Shown piece by piece: positions 49,361 through 57,985 of a stretch of DNA of 64,000 bases. The stretch is taken from positions 10,340 to 74,339 of the forward strand of contig JAJEHX010000032.1 of the NCBI GenBank assembly GCA_022823465.1. The letters run 5' to 3'. The stretch comes from Candidatus Latescibacterota bacterium (GTDB lineage: Bacteria > JAAXHH01). The number at the start of each line of letters is the position of its first letter. Position 1 is the first letter of the stretch. Both the position numbers and the translations under genes were made by a program. The notes below the pieces were generated by a model. It had not been told where the DNA came from, ran no database searches, and was given only the letters and a program-made list of their open reading frames with translations.

Positions 49361-51130
49361 GTGGGAACGCTGGCGGATAAACTTACCATCGTTTTTGCAG
49401 GCGCCTTTGATTCGGCCGGCTATGATCGAAGCTATGGCGAAGTGCGGGTTTCCGATCGGCCGGACCTGTGCCAGTTCCAGTGCAACGGGGCGCTCGCGGC
49501 GGCCAAACAGTACCGGACCAACCCGAGGCAGATCGCGCAGAACGTGGTGGAATCCGTCTCTGCGCCTGAAGTGTTCGATGGCCTGTCCCTCGCCGGACCG
49601 GGATTCATCAATATCCAGCTTAAAGACGAATTCATCGCCGCCCATGTACAGGAAGTACACGGGGACGAACGGCTGGGTTGTGAAACCGTCGGGACTCCAG
49701 GCAGGATCATCGTCGATTACGGTGGTCCCAACGTGGCCAAACCGCTCCACGTCGGCCACCTCCGCGCCGCGATAATCGGAGAGAGCATCGTGCGGATCTG
49801 CCGCTTCGTCGGTCACGAAGTGATCGGCGACGTGCACCTGGGCGACTGGGGACTGCAGATGGGACTCATCATCGAGGGACTTCGGGGCCGCCAGCCGGAC
49901 CTTCCGTATTTCGATGCGGGAGAATCCGGGCCCTATCCCGAAGAGCCTCCCGTGGACATCGCCGATCTGGAAGAATTGTATCCACAGGCCAGCGAAAGAG
50001 AGAAAAACGACCCGGATTTCGCCGAGGCCGCACGGCAGGCCACGGTGGAACTCCAGGCCGGACGTCCGGGTTACCGGGCCCTGTGGAAGCACTTCCGGGA
50101 CGTGTCCGTCGATGACCTCCGGCAGAGCTACGAACAGTTGAACATCCGCTTCGACCTGTGGCTCGGCGAGAGTGACACGCAGGACCGCGTGCGCGGTCTG
50201 ATCGCACAGCTGAAGGAGGAAGGCTACGCCCGGGAAAGCCGGGGCGCCCTGGTCGTGGAAGTGGAAGAACCCGGAGACCGGGAATCGATCCCGCCGCTGA
50301 TGCTGGAAAAAACCGACGGCGCGGTGCTGTACGGCACGACCGACCTGGCGACCATCGACCAGCGCGTGGAGGATTATCGGCCGGATTACATGCTTTACGT
50401 GGTCGACAACCGGCAGCAGCAGCACTTCAGGCAGGTCTTCAAGGCCGCCTGGAAGACGGGTGTGGCGCCGGAGTCGACGCGCCTGGAGCACAACGGCTTC
50501 GGGACCATGAACGGGAAGGACGGGAAGCCCTTCAAGACCCGCGAGGGCGGGATCATGAAGCTGAAGGACCTGATCGAACTGGTGACCGGACACGCCAGGA
50601 CGCGGATCGAGACCATAGAATCGATCCGGGAATACGATGACGACGAGAAAGAGACCATCTCCCGTATCGTGGGCGTGGCCGCCCTGAAATACGCCGACCT
50701 GATGAACCATCGCACAAAGGATTACGTGTTCGACCTGGAGCGCTTTTCGTCCTTCGAGGGCCGCACGGGACCTTACATCCTCTATGCCGCGGTGCGGATC
50801 AAGTCGGTATTGCGGAGGGCCGGCGACCGCGGCCTTCAAGCCGGACGGGTCATGGCCCCCAAGAGTGAATCGGAACGCGACCTGGACCTCAAACTGTCCG
50901 AGCTGCCGGCGGTGATCGGCCTAGCCTTCGAGACCCGCGCGCCGAACCACCTGTGCGAGTACGCCTTCCAACTGGCCACGGCCTACAACCGGTTCTACCA
51001 CACTCATCACATCCTGAGCGAGGAAGACGGCGACCGCCGCGCCTCGTGGCTTGCTGTTTCAGGGGTCACGCTGCGGGCGCTCGAACGGGTGCTGGACCTG
51101 CTCGGCATCGAAGTGCCCAGGCGCATGTAG
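49361..51130 (+). CDS. argS: Arginine--tRNA ligase
   Basis: HIGH motif (PLHVGHLR) and a DALR-type anticodon-binding C-terminus ending in ...RM. GTG start. Confidence 0.95.
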   Translation: MGTLADKLTIVFAGAFDSAGYDRSYGEVRVSDRPDLCQFQCNGALAAAKQYRTNPRQIAQNVVESVSAPEVFDGLSLAGPGFINIQLKDEFIAAHVQEVHGDERLGCETVGTPGRIIVDYGGPNVAKPLHVGHLRAAIIGESIVRICRFVGHEVIGDVHLGDWGLQMGLIIEGLRGRQPDLPYFDAGESGPYPEEPPVDIADLEELYPQASEREKNDPDFAEAARQATVELQAGRPGYRALWKHFRDVSVDDLRQSYEQLNIRFDLWLGESDTQDRVRGLIAQLKEEGYARESRGALVVEVEEPGDRESIPPLMLEKTDGAVLYGTTDLATIDQRVEDYRPDYMLYVVDNRQQQHFRQVFKAAWKTGVAPESTRLEHNGFGTMNGKDGKPFKTREGGIMKLKDLIELVTGHARTRIETIESIREYDDDEKETISRIVGVAALKYADLMNHRTKDYVFDLERFSSFEGRTGPYILYAAVRIKSVLRRAGDRGLQAGRVMAPKSESERDLDLKLSELPAVIGLAFETRAPNHLCEYAFQLATAYNRFYHTHHILSEEDGDRRASWLAVSGVTLRALERVLDLLGIEVPRRM

Positions 51131-51156
51131 CACGGCGGTTGTCCCGCGCCCCATAG

Positions 51157-51201
51157 CCTTTTGAACGTGGAACGCCCCAGAACCTTTTGAACGCGGAACG
51201 C
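51157..51201 (+). promoter_or_regulatory. Two 19-nt direct repeats immediately upstream of the sulfatase gene
   Basis: CCTTTTGAACGTGGAACGC (51157-51175) and CCTTTTGAACGCGGAACGC (51183-51201). 26-nt period, one mismatch. Confidence 0.4.
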
Positions 51202-51207
51202 ACCGAT

Positions 51208-52524
51208 ATGAATATCGTCTACCTCCATTCCCACGACACCGGCCGGTATATCCAGCCCTACGGCCACGCCATCCCGACACCCGCCCTGCAACATCTGGCG
51301 GAGGAAGGGGTGCTGTTTCGGTCCGCCTACTGCGCGAACCCCACCTGCTCCCCGAGCCGGGCGGCCCTGCTTACCGGGCAGTGGGCTCACAGTTGCGGCA
51401 TGTTCGGCCTGGTCAACCGGGGATGGTCGATCCACCACCCCGCAAGGCTCATCATGCATACCCTGCGAAGGGCGGGGTACGACACGGTGATGGCCGGGTT
51501 CCAGCACGTCGTCAAGGATCTCGACGACGCCGGCTGGTCCCGCGTCATGCCGCGAGAAGCCGGTAACGAAAAAGCGCCCGCCGAGGAACTGGCCGCGTCT
51601 TTCCTGTCGGAATCCCATGACCGGCCCTTCTTCCTGGATGTGGGATTCGGTGAAACCCATCGCAGAGGCGCGGGCTTCGCGCCGCAACCGGACGGAGAAA
51701 GGCCAAGCGATCCCCGTTACGTGCGTCCGCCGGCGCCTTTCCCGGATTCTGCCGATTTCCGCCGCGACATGGGCCTCTTTATCGATGCCGCCCGTACGCT
51801 GGATCAGAAGATGGGACGCGTGCTGGAGGCGATAGACCGGTACGGGTGGCGGGACGACACCCTGGTCATCTGCACCACCGACCATGGCATCGCCTTCCCC
51901 ATGATGAAGTGCCACCTCACCGACCACGGCATGGGCGTCATGCTCATCCTGCGCGGTCCCTCGGGATACGGCGGCGGCAAGGTCGTCGACGGCATGGTGA
52001 GCCAGATCGACGTATTTCCGACCGTGTGCGATCTGGCCGGGATCGGCCGCCCGGGCTGGCTGCAGGGCGTTTCCCTGGATCCCCTGGTGCGGGGCGACGC
52101 CGAAGAGGTGCGGGATGAAGTCTTCGCCGAGGTCAATTACCACGCGGCTTACGAGCCCCAGCGGGCCGTAAGGTCCCGCCGGTGGAAGTACATCCGGCGA
52201 TACGGCGACCGCGACCTGCCCGTCATGACGAACTGCGATGCGTCGATCACGAAATCATCCCTGATCGAAGAGGGCTGGCGTGAACGCACCGTCCCCCGGG
52301 AACGGCTTTACGACACCCTGTTCGATCCATCCGAGACCAACAACCTGGCTGACCGGCCCGAAGCCGCCGAAACTTTGCATGAAATGCGCGCCAGCCTGGA
52401 CCGCTGGATGGCTTCAACGGGCGATCCCCTGGTCGATCACGAAGTCGTTCCACCGGATCCCGGCGGCGTGCTGAACCGCCCAGGCGACCTCTCCGCGGCC
52501 GACGATCCCCAGTTTCCCGTCTGA
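51208..52524 (+). CDS. Sulfatase family protein
   Basis: The formylglycine motif CSPSRAALLTGQ follows N-terminal NIVYLHSHD. Confidence 0.9.
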   Translation: MNIVYLHSHDTGRYIQPYGHAIPTPALQHLAEEGVLFRSAYCANPTCSPSRAALLTGQWAHSCGMFGLVNRGWSIHHPARLIMHTLRRAGYDTVMAGFQHVVKDLDDAGWSRVMPREAGNEKAPAEELAASFLSESHDRPFFLDVGFGETHRRGAGFAPQPDGERPSDPRYVRPPAPFPDSADFRRDMGLFIDAARTLDQKMGRVLEAIDRYGWRDDTLVICTTDHGIAFPMMKCHLTDHGMGVMLILRGPSGYGGGKVVDGMVSQIDVFPTVCDLAGIGRPGWLQGVSLDPLVRGDAEEVRDEVFAEVNYHAAYEPQRAVRSRRWKYIRRYGDRDLPVMTNCDASITKSSLIEEGWRERTVPRERLYDTLFDPSETNNLADRPEAAETLHEMRASLDRWMASTGDPLVDHEVVPPDPGGVLNRPGDLSAADDPQFPV

Positions 52525-52527
52525 GCC

Positions 52528-53493
52528 ATGCATCCCGTCTACCTGAACCACTTGCTCGTCTTCGTCGACCGGGACACCTACCGCGCCCTGTCCGCGTCCG
52601 GGTTTCTGAACGAACACTTCGCCTGTTCTGAGGAGCGGACGACCCACGACCAGGCCACGGGCATGTCCTGGACCGGCCGATACTACTACGGCCGCCAGAC
52701 CTATTTCGAGTTCATGAATCCGGACAAGACCTCCTGGTCGCCCCGGGACGGCCTGGCATTCAGCATTGAGTCGGAGGGCGGGGCGGAAGAGCTGGCGCGC
52801 CGGCTGAAACAGGGCACGGATCGGGAAGTGAGGCGTTACAAGCGCAACAGAAGGTACCAGGACCAGGACATTCCGTGGTTCTGGTCTGTCGAGATCCCGC
52901 GCCGGGACGACGCTCGGTTGATCTCCTGGGTAATGGAGTACGATCCTGGTTTCCTGAATCAGTGGGCGCCCGACCTGCCCCCGCGCCAGACAGTTTCGGA
53001 TCAGGCAGAAATTACGCGTAGCGGTTTCCTCACGCGCTATCGCTCGGCCATCGGGGACGATCTTGACAACCGGCTTTTCCGGGATGTCACCTCGGTGACC
53101 GTAGCCCTGCCGCCCAACGAGGCCGATCTGCTCGAAGCGGAACTGGGGTTTTACGGATACCTCAAGTTGGGACCGGCTGGTTCCGCGCGTGCTAAGACAG
53201 GCGATGCGGATCTCAGGAAGACCGCCGAAACCGCGGACGGGCCGGCTGCTTCCCCTGAACGGACGAAGTTCCGCGGACCCGATCTCGATATCGTGGTGGA
53301 GCGGATTCCTCCGGACGAAGACCGCGATGGACCAAGGCAGGTTGGAGCGAACGGCGGAATCGCCGGCATCACGGCCTTCACCATGGAAACCCAACCGGTC
53401 TCCGTGACTACGACCCACACCTTTGGCCCTGCGTGCAGCCTTACTGTGGACAGGACAGGTAAGGCGGCCTGGTTCTTTCAGTCACGGCTTTGA
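52528..53493 (+). CDS. Hypothetical protein
   Basis: 321-aa ORF with high-GC codon usage like its neighbours, starting 3 nt after the sulfatase stop. No motif recognised with confidence. Confidence 0.6.
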   Translation: MHPVYLNHLLVFVDRDTYRALSASGFLNEHFACSEERTTHDQATGMSWTGRYYYGRQTYFEFMNPDKTSWSPRDGLAFSIESEGGAEELARRLKQGTDREVRRYKRNRRYQDQDIPWFWSVEIPRRDDARLISWVMEYDPGFLNQWAPDLPPRQTVSDQAEITRSGFLTRYRSAIGDDLDNRLFRDVTSVTVALPPNEADLLEAELGFYGYLKLGPAGSARAKTGDADLRKTAETADGPAASPERTKFRGPDLDIVVERIPPDEDRDGPRQVGANGGIAGITAFTMETQPVSVTTTHTFGPACSLTVDRTGKAAWFFQSRL

Positions 53494-53608
53494 ACAAAGC
53501 TTAGGTTGGGAGTTACAAGTAGGTAAAATCAGAAATACACAATTGCTGTTCAGGCAGTACGAATTCGTAATGATCAGATGGTTCCATAGAGAAAAACCAC
53601 ATCGAGTT

Positions 53609-53977
53609 CTAGTTATTGAGCCGATCCTGATTGTCTGTTAGTACCTGTTCGAGTAACTCCAGATCCTCGCAGACAGCGTTCCACCCAGTACGCCAGCGAG
53701 AATCAAGTGACTCACTCGGCTGAAACAATGAACGCGATTTTGATAAGACCGATGTGCAGATCTGTAGGATTTCTGAGGCTATAGGATCCTCAGACTGCAT
53801 GCGTGTGATGTCTTCCGGCATCAAAGGCTCGGAGACACCCGCCCGCGCCGCCGCCAATTGACCTACACTTAGAACAGACCGCTTCAGTCTTGCTCGTGAT
53901 GCATAAGCAGAATCAATGTCCTCTACTGAACCTTTTGTAAACGCGATCAGACGAAGGCAATCGTTCAGGTCTGGCAT
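53609..53977 (-). CDS. Small acidic hypothetical protein (cassette gene C)
   Basis: 122 aa. GGAGGG lies 9 nt upstream of the ATG. The start overlaps the tail of the NTase ORF by 65 nt. AT-rich. No His residue, so no HEPN RX4-6H motif. Confidence 0.6.
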   Translation of the reverse strand: MPDLNDCLRLIAFTKGSVEDIDSAYASRARLKRSVLSVGQLAAARAGVSEPLMPEDITRMQSEDPIASEILQICTSVLSKSRSLFQPSESLDSRWRTGWNAVCEDLELLEQVLTDNQDRLNN

Positions 53978-54653
53978 AAACCAATCCCTCCAGTTTACTG
54001 AGCATTTTACTCATAATATCAATCACGTGCTCTACGTCGTTTCTTGAAACCTGATCTAGCACGCCACATTTTCTCTCCTCAAACAAGCGGAATGAGTGTG
54101 CTAGTTGTAGTTTGCTCAAAACCTCGGGCATCTCAAGAAACACCGCTGCCCGGGTGATACAATCCCTGCCAAAAGTTGGAACCCCTACCAAATAGCAAGC
54201 GAGAACTGAGGCATGTCTCGCAACGCCTCCAAGCACTGCAAGCTCAAAACACGGCGGCAGTCCAGCAGCTAAGCCAGATTGGACATCATTTATAATAGAT
54301 CTGAATCCCTTTAAATCACGACCAGCCAACTGATATGGCGGAAGCGAACCTAGTAATTTGGACATGCGTGCGTGAGCATCCCCTTCGTAGAGCAATGTTG
54401 ATGCCTCATTTGCTATGTGGTGAAGAAATAGGGATCCATATCTACTCATGGACTCTATTTCCTCCCAAGTATAGTGACTGATCTGTAGCAGATCCTTAGG
54501 CAATTCAGGAACCAAAGCGGCGATTTCGTCCACATTCGGCATATCGTGAGCAACCGTTAGTACATCGATATCACTGAAACGGTCGGCATCACCTCGGGCG
54601 CGAGAACCGTAGAGTATAATGGCACGACATTGAGTCATCGTTTGAACATCCAT
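53913..54653 (-). CDS. Pol-beta/MNT-type nucleotidyltransferase with helical C-terminal domain (cassette gene B)
   Basis: LYGSRARGDADRFSDIDVL (GSxxRG...SDxD). About 150 aa of helical C-domain, like the KNTase_C/HEPN-like layout. An alternative ATG at 54638 forms ATGA with the upstream stop. Confidence 0.75.
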   Translation of the reverse strand: MDVQTMTQCRAIILYGSRARGDADRFSDIDVLTVAHDMPNVDEIAALVPELPKDLLQISHYTWEEIESMSRYGSLFLHHIANEASTLLYEGDAHARMSKLLGSLPPYQLAGRDLKGFRSIINDVQSGLAAGLPPCFELAVLGGVARHASVLACYLVGVPTFGRDCITRAAVFLEMPEVLSKLQLAHSFRLFEERKCGVLDQVSRNDVEHVIDIMSKMLSKLEGLVYARPERLPSSDRVYKRFSRGH

Positions 54654-55558
54654 CGCACCAGCAGTGTAATCAATAAACCGAACGATACGAATCCCAAAAA
54701 TGCTTCAATCGTTAGTATGATGCGTGCAAGTGTACCAGTTGCACTTACGACATTAACCGAATCTACGGATATAAACGTCGCCACGCTCAACCAAATGACA
54801 TCACTAATACCTAATGGTTCTGACGACTGATTCAACGAATCATGAACAAACCAGAGTAAGAGAGGGAATACGAGAAACGCCAGGATAACTATATTTCGGA
54901 TAAGGATTATTGGCTTTTCACCATGCCCCCAAACTATATCATAGAAGTAGCTTGTGATGAGTTGAGCAAATGCAGAGAGCCTGCGTAAACCGGAGTAATG
55001 GCGTCGATACCATTCGCTCTTGCTTACAATAGCCGCTTTTAGGTGTTCTTTCTTAGCTTGTATAGCTGCTAGACGGTATTTGCGCCTGTCATTCTGAAGT
55101 CCAATGGCGTCCGAAGCGATCGCCAATCTGTCCGCCAATTCTTCGCGGAGATTTGGCTCTCGAGGTAATGAATGTTCCATTTCATCAAATGGTAACACAC
55201 AGTTTTCGAATCGAGAATACCTAAAATCGCATGACTGTACTATCACCTTTGGAAAATCGCAACTTAGGAACTTGCAACCAACAAACGTGCTTCCAGTCAG
55301 TTCCGATTTTCTAAAGTAACAACTCAAAAACGCACAGTTTATGAAACGACAGTTTCTGATATCTGCTTCCTTAAAACTCACATTGGCAAACGTACAATGT
55401 TGAAATTCAAGATTCTCAAGTGTACTGCAATCTTTGCGATCGGCAGCAAAGATCAGATCATGAGCCGGCGTTGTTGCTACTGGCCAGTCTCCAGTTTTTC
55501 TACCTACGATATACTCATCTGATCCAATCATATTTCCAACTCTTCCGATGCAGAGCAA
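54635..55558 (-). CDS. Pentapeptide-repeat protein fused to a 2TM ion-channel-like pore domain (cassette gene A)
   Basis: 16 consecutive pentads with a hydrophobic residue (mostly Phe) at every fifth position. C-terminal TM1, pore-helix and TM2 layout with ISVDS in place of a K+ filter. The ORF track gives a TTG start; an alternative ATG lies at 55531. Confidence 0.75.
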   Translation of the reverse strand: MLCIGRVGNMIGSDEYIVGRKTGDWPVATTPAHDLIFAADRKDCSTLENLEFQHCTFANVSFKEADIRNCRFINCAFLSCYFRKSELTGSTFVGCKFLSCDFPKVIVQSCDFRYSRFENCVLPFDEMEHSLPREPNLREELADRLAIASDAIGLQNDRRKYRLAAIQAKKEHLKAAIVSKSEWYRRHYSGLRRLSAFAQLITSYFYDIVWGHGEKPIILIRNIVILAFLVFPLLLWFVHDSLNQSSEPLGISDVIWLSVATFISVDSVNVVSATGTLARIILTIEAFLGFVSFGLLITLLVRWMFKR

Positions 55559-55726
55559 AATGCTAAGCTACTTGCTGGACTCCTCGGAACTTTATACGAA
55601 TCGAACATTTGCATACCCGTCAAGATGAAATCGACACTCTACCTCGTGAGTCTCAGGAATAATCAAGTACAATTTGTTTGCTTAGTCAACCGTCAGCTTA
55701 ATTGTAAGAAATATCGCAATATCAAG

Positions 55727-55894
55727 GCAGAACGCTCCATCGGAACCCTCAAATACGAGGAGGTCTACCTCCACGAGTATGAGCCATTGGAATATGTCCA
55801 TTCACATACCGATTAATCCATCGACAAACTCTACAATCGTAATCGCTTGGACTCGTCCTTTGACTACAAACCACCTGCCGAGTACGAGCAAATT
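55727..55894 (+). pseudogene. IS3-type transposase C-terminal remnant
   Basis: AERSIGTLKYEEVYLHEYE...(TAA)...IDKLYNRNRLDSSFDYKPPAEYE resembles the end of rve-type IS3 transposases. In-frame stop at 55814-55816. No upstream catalytic part. Confidence 0.6.
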
Positions 55895-56348
55895 ATGACA
55901 TCATTATATATCTGTAATTCTACTAGTTTCACATGTATGGATGTAATACACAATACATAGACCAAATCAATCATTATCAGTGTTTTAGCACACAGCCGTA
56001 TAGGCGAAAACTTCGTCGGGTCGCCAATCTATTTACGCTGAATTTCCTGTCGATTCAAACTAGCGCCAATACAACGCTGACATTAGTAGTTAGAAACGCA
56101 TTTTACTTTGTGTCAATTGCAGAAATCAGTTAATATCCTAAACGATGGATTTAAGATATGAGTCTAGTCTACACACGATTCTTATCAAGTAACCGGGGTA
56201 TTGCATAATTGTGAGTCAGCATTGGTTGAAATGGTTTAGGTTTGGCCAATTCAGAACACTTCATGTCTGTATGAGGCCTAAGTCTATCACACGTAAGTTA
56301 TTGAAACCAACACGTCAGTAGTAGAACGGGTAAACTGTCACCAAATTG

Positions 56349-57386
56349 ATGGTATTTCTGGATACAGATCAGATGAATAAAACGGTGCCTCTCACCACGT
56401 TCGTACCAGAACCATTCCGAAACCTGAAAGATCCCTCGCGCGACTTACCACGGATCGCAAAAGACTCGCTCGGTATGTCTATGATCTCGGCTGCCGTGGA
56501 ACAGATTCCTACCCATCATCAGCTGTTGCTCGGAGATGCCCGTCGTGCCGTACTATCCGATGAATCAGTCCACCTTGTACTTACGTCGCCACCGTATTGG
56601 ACCCTTAAGCAATACCGGCGTTCTAAAGGGCAGTTAGGCTGGATCACACACTTCGATGAGTTCCTCGAACAGCTTGATGCAGTGTGGAGTGTATGCCATC
56701 GCGTACTTGTACCTGGAGGACGGCTCATTTGCGTGGTTGGTGACGTCTGTCTTTCGCGACGCAAAAACGATGGCCGCCATACTGTAGTACCCCTGCACGC
56801 TGCCATTCAGGATAGATGTAGAAAAATCGGGTTTGACAATCTTGCGCCTATTATATGGCACAAGATTGCAAACGTAGCACATGAAGTGGAGCGTGGAACA
56901 GGCGGTTTCTTGGGCAAACCGTACGAACCCAATGCCGTGATTAAAAACGACATAGAGTTCATTTTGATGCAACGTAAGCCTGGTGGTTATCGAAAACCAA
57001 GCGTCGCCGCGAGGACGCTGAGTCTTTTGTCCGAGGAGAGTTTTAAAACACAATTTCGTCAGATATGGACCGATATAGCTGGTGCATCGACCCGCGACCA
57101 TCCTGCCCCTTTTCCAGTCGCCTTGGCAGATCGTTTAGTCCGGATGTTCAGCTTTGTAGGAGACACGGTACTTGATCCTTTTACGGGAACTGCTTCGACC
57201 CAGATTGCAGCGGCCAAGTGTGGCCGTAACAGCATCGGTATTGAAGTCGACCCTGTCTACTACGGGAAGGCTGTAGATCGGTTAACAAATAAAACCACTA
57301 GCCTACTAAGAAAAGTTGAAATACGTACCGGGGAGATCGAAACGAAAAGGGAATTACCTGTAGCTGGAAGGGAGGTAAGTGCTTGA
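56349..57386 (+). CDS. DNA methyltransferase, beta class (N4-C or N6-A; N6_N4_Mtase type)
   Basis: Motif IV SPPY (LVLTSPPYW) precedes motif I (DPFTGTAST), which is the beta-class order. Confidence 0.85.
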   Translation: MVFLDTDQMNKTVPLTTFVPEPFRNLKDPSRDLPRIAKDSLGMSMISAAVEQIPTHHQLLLGDARRAVLSDESVHLVLTSPPYWTLKQYRRSKGQLGWITHFDEFLEQLDAVWSVCHRVLVPGGRLICVVGDVCLSRRKNDGRHTVVPLHAAIQDRCRKIGFDNLAPIIWHKIANVAHEVERGTGGFLGKPYEPNAVIKNDIEFILMQRKPGGYRKPSVAARTLSLLSEESFKTQFRQIWTDIAGASTRDHPAPFPVALADRLVRMFSFVGDTVLDPFTGTASTQIAAAKCGRNSIGIEVDPVYYGKAVDRLTNKTTSLLRKVEIRTGEIETKRELPVAGREVSA

Positions 57387-57985
57387 TATCTGCCCAGGAG
57401 GCTGTAGACGATCTTTACCGAATCGCTGTCGCAGAAGAAAAGGCAACTTCGACCGCACGACTTGACGTATTGGCAGATTTCTGCGTGCAGGAGGTTAATC
57501 GGCGAGGTCTTAATGACGTCGAGAAAGAAGCCACTATTCCTGGTGCAGGACGTGAAAAAAAATGGGACGTGGCCTGGTGCTATGACGGCAAGTATCGGCT
57601 CGGGGTCTCGCTGAAGTCAATCCTGAAAAACCTCGGTGGTACTGTTCCCAATCGCATAGATGATATGATCGGCGAAGTCACAAATGCTCAGCTTTACTCG
57701 CCGGAGATTGCGATTGGTTATATCATGGTCTTCAATGTTGCCGAGGACAACTATTCTACTAAGCACGGTTCTACGTGGTGCGATCTCTTTCGAAATCGAA
57801 TTCGCTCTCTGTCGGGCCGACGACCTCCATCCTGGACTACTGGGACAGTAGAAGATTTCGTGTTGGTAGAAGTGGATTTCAATACGGGTCCATCTATTCT
57901 ACGTACATCGCAGCCTTTCAATGAATTCTTCGACACTATAGTTGATCAGGTCAGTTTAAGGAATCCCCAAGCCATTTCCCCTTGA
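57383..57985 (+). CDS. Putative type II restriction endonuclease (PD-(D/E)xK-like)
   Basis: TTG start overlaps the MTase stop (TTGA), with GGGAGG 7 nt upstream. Possible catalytic D...SxK (KKWDVAW...LGVSLKS). Assignment rests mostly on position. Confidence 0.5.
   Translation: MISAQEAVDDLYRIAVAEEKATSTARLDVLADFCVQEVNRRGLNDVEKEATIPGAGREKKWDVAWCYDGKYRLGVSLKSILKNLGGTVPNRIDDMIGEVTNAQLYSPEIAIGYIMVFNVAEDNYSTKHGSTWCDLFRNRIRSLSGRRPPSWTTGTVEDFVLVEVDFNTGPSILRTSQPFNEFFDTIVDQVSLRNPQAISP

Noticed and set aside
53609-53977. Gene C as the HEPN toxin of a classical MNT-HEPN toxin-antitoxin pair.
   Set aside because: The 122-aa protein contains no histidine, so it cannot carry the RX4-6H motif. The NTase is also about twice the size of minimal MNT antitoxins.
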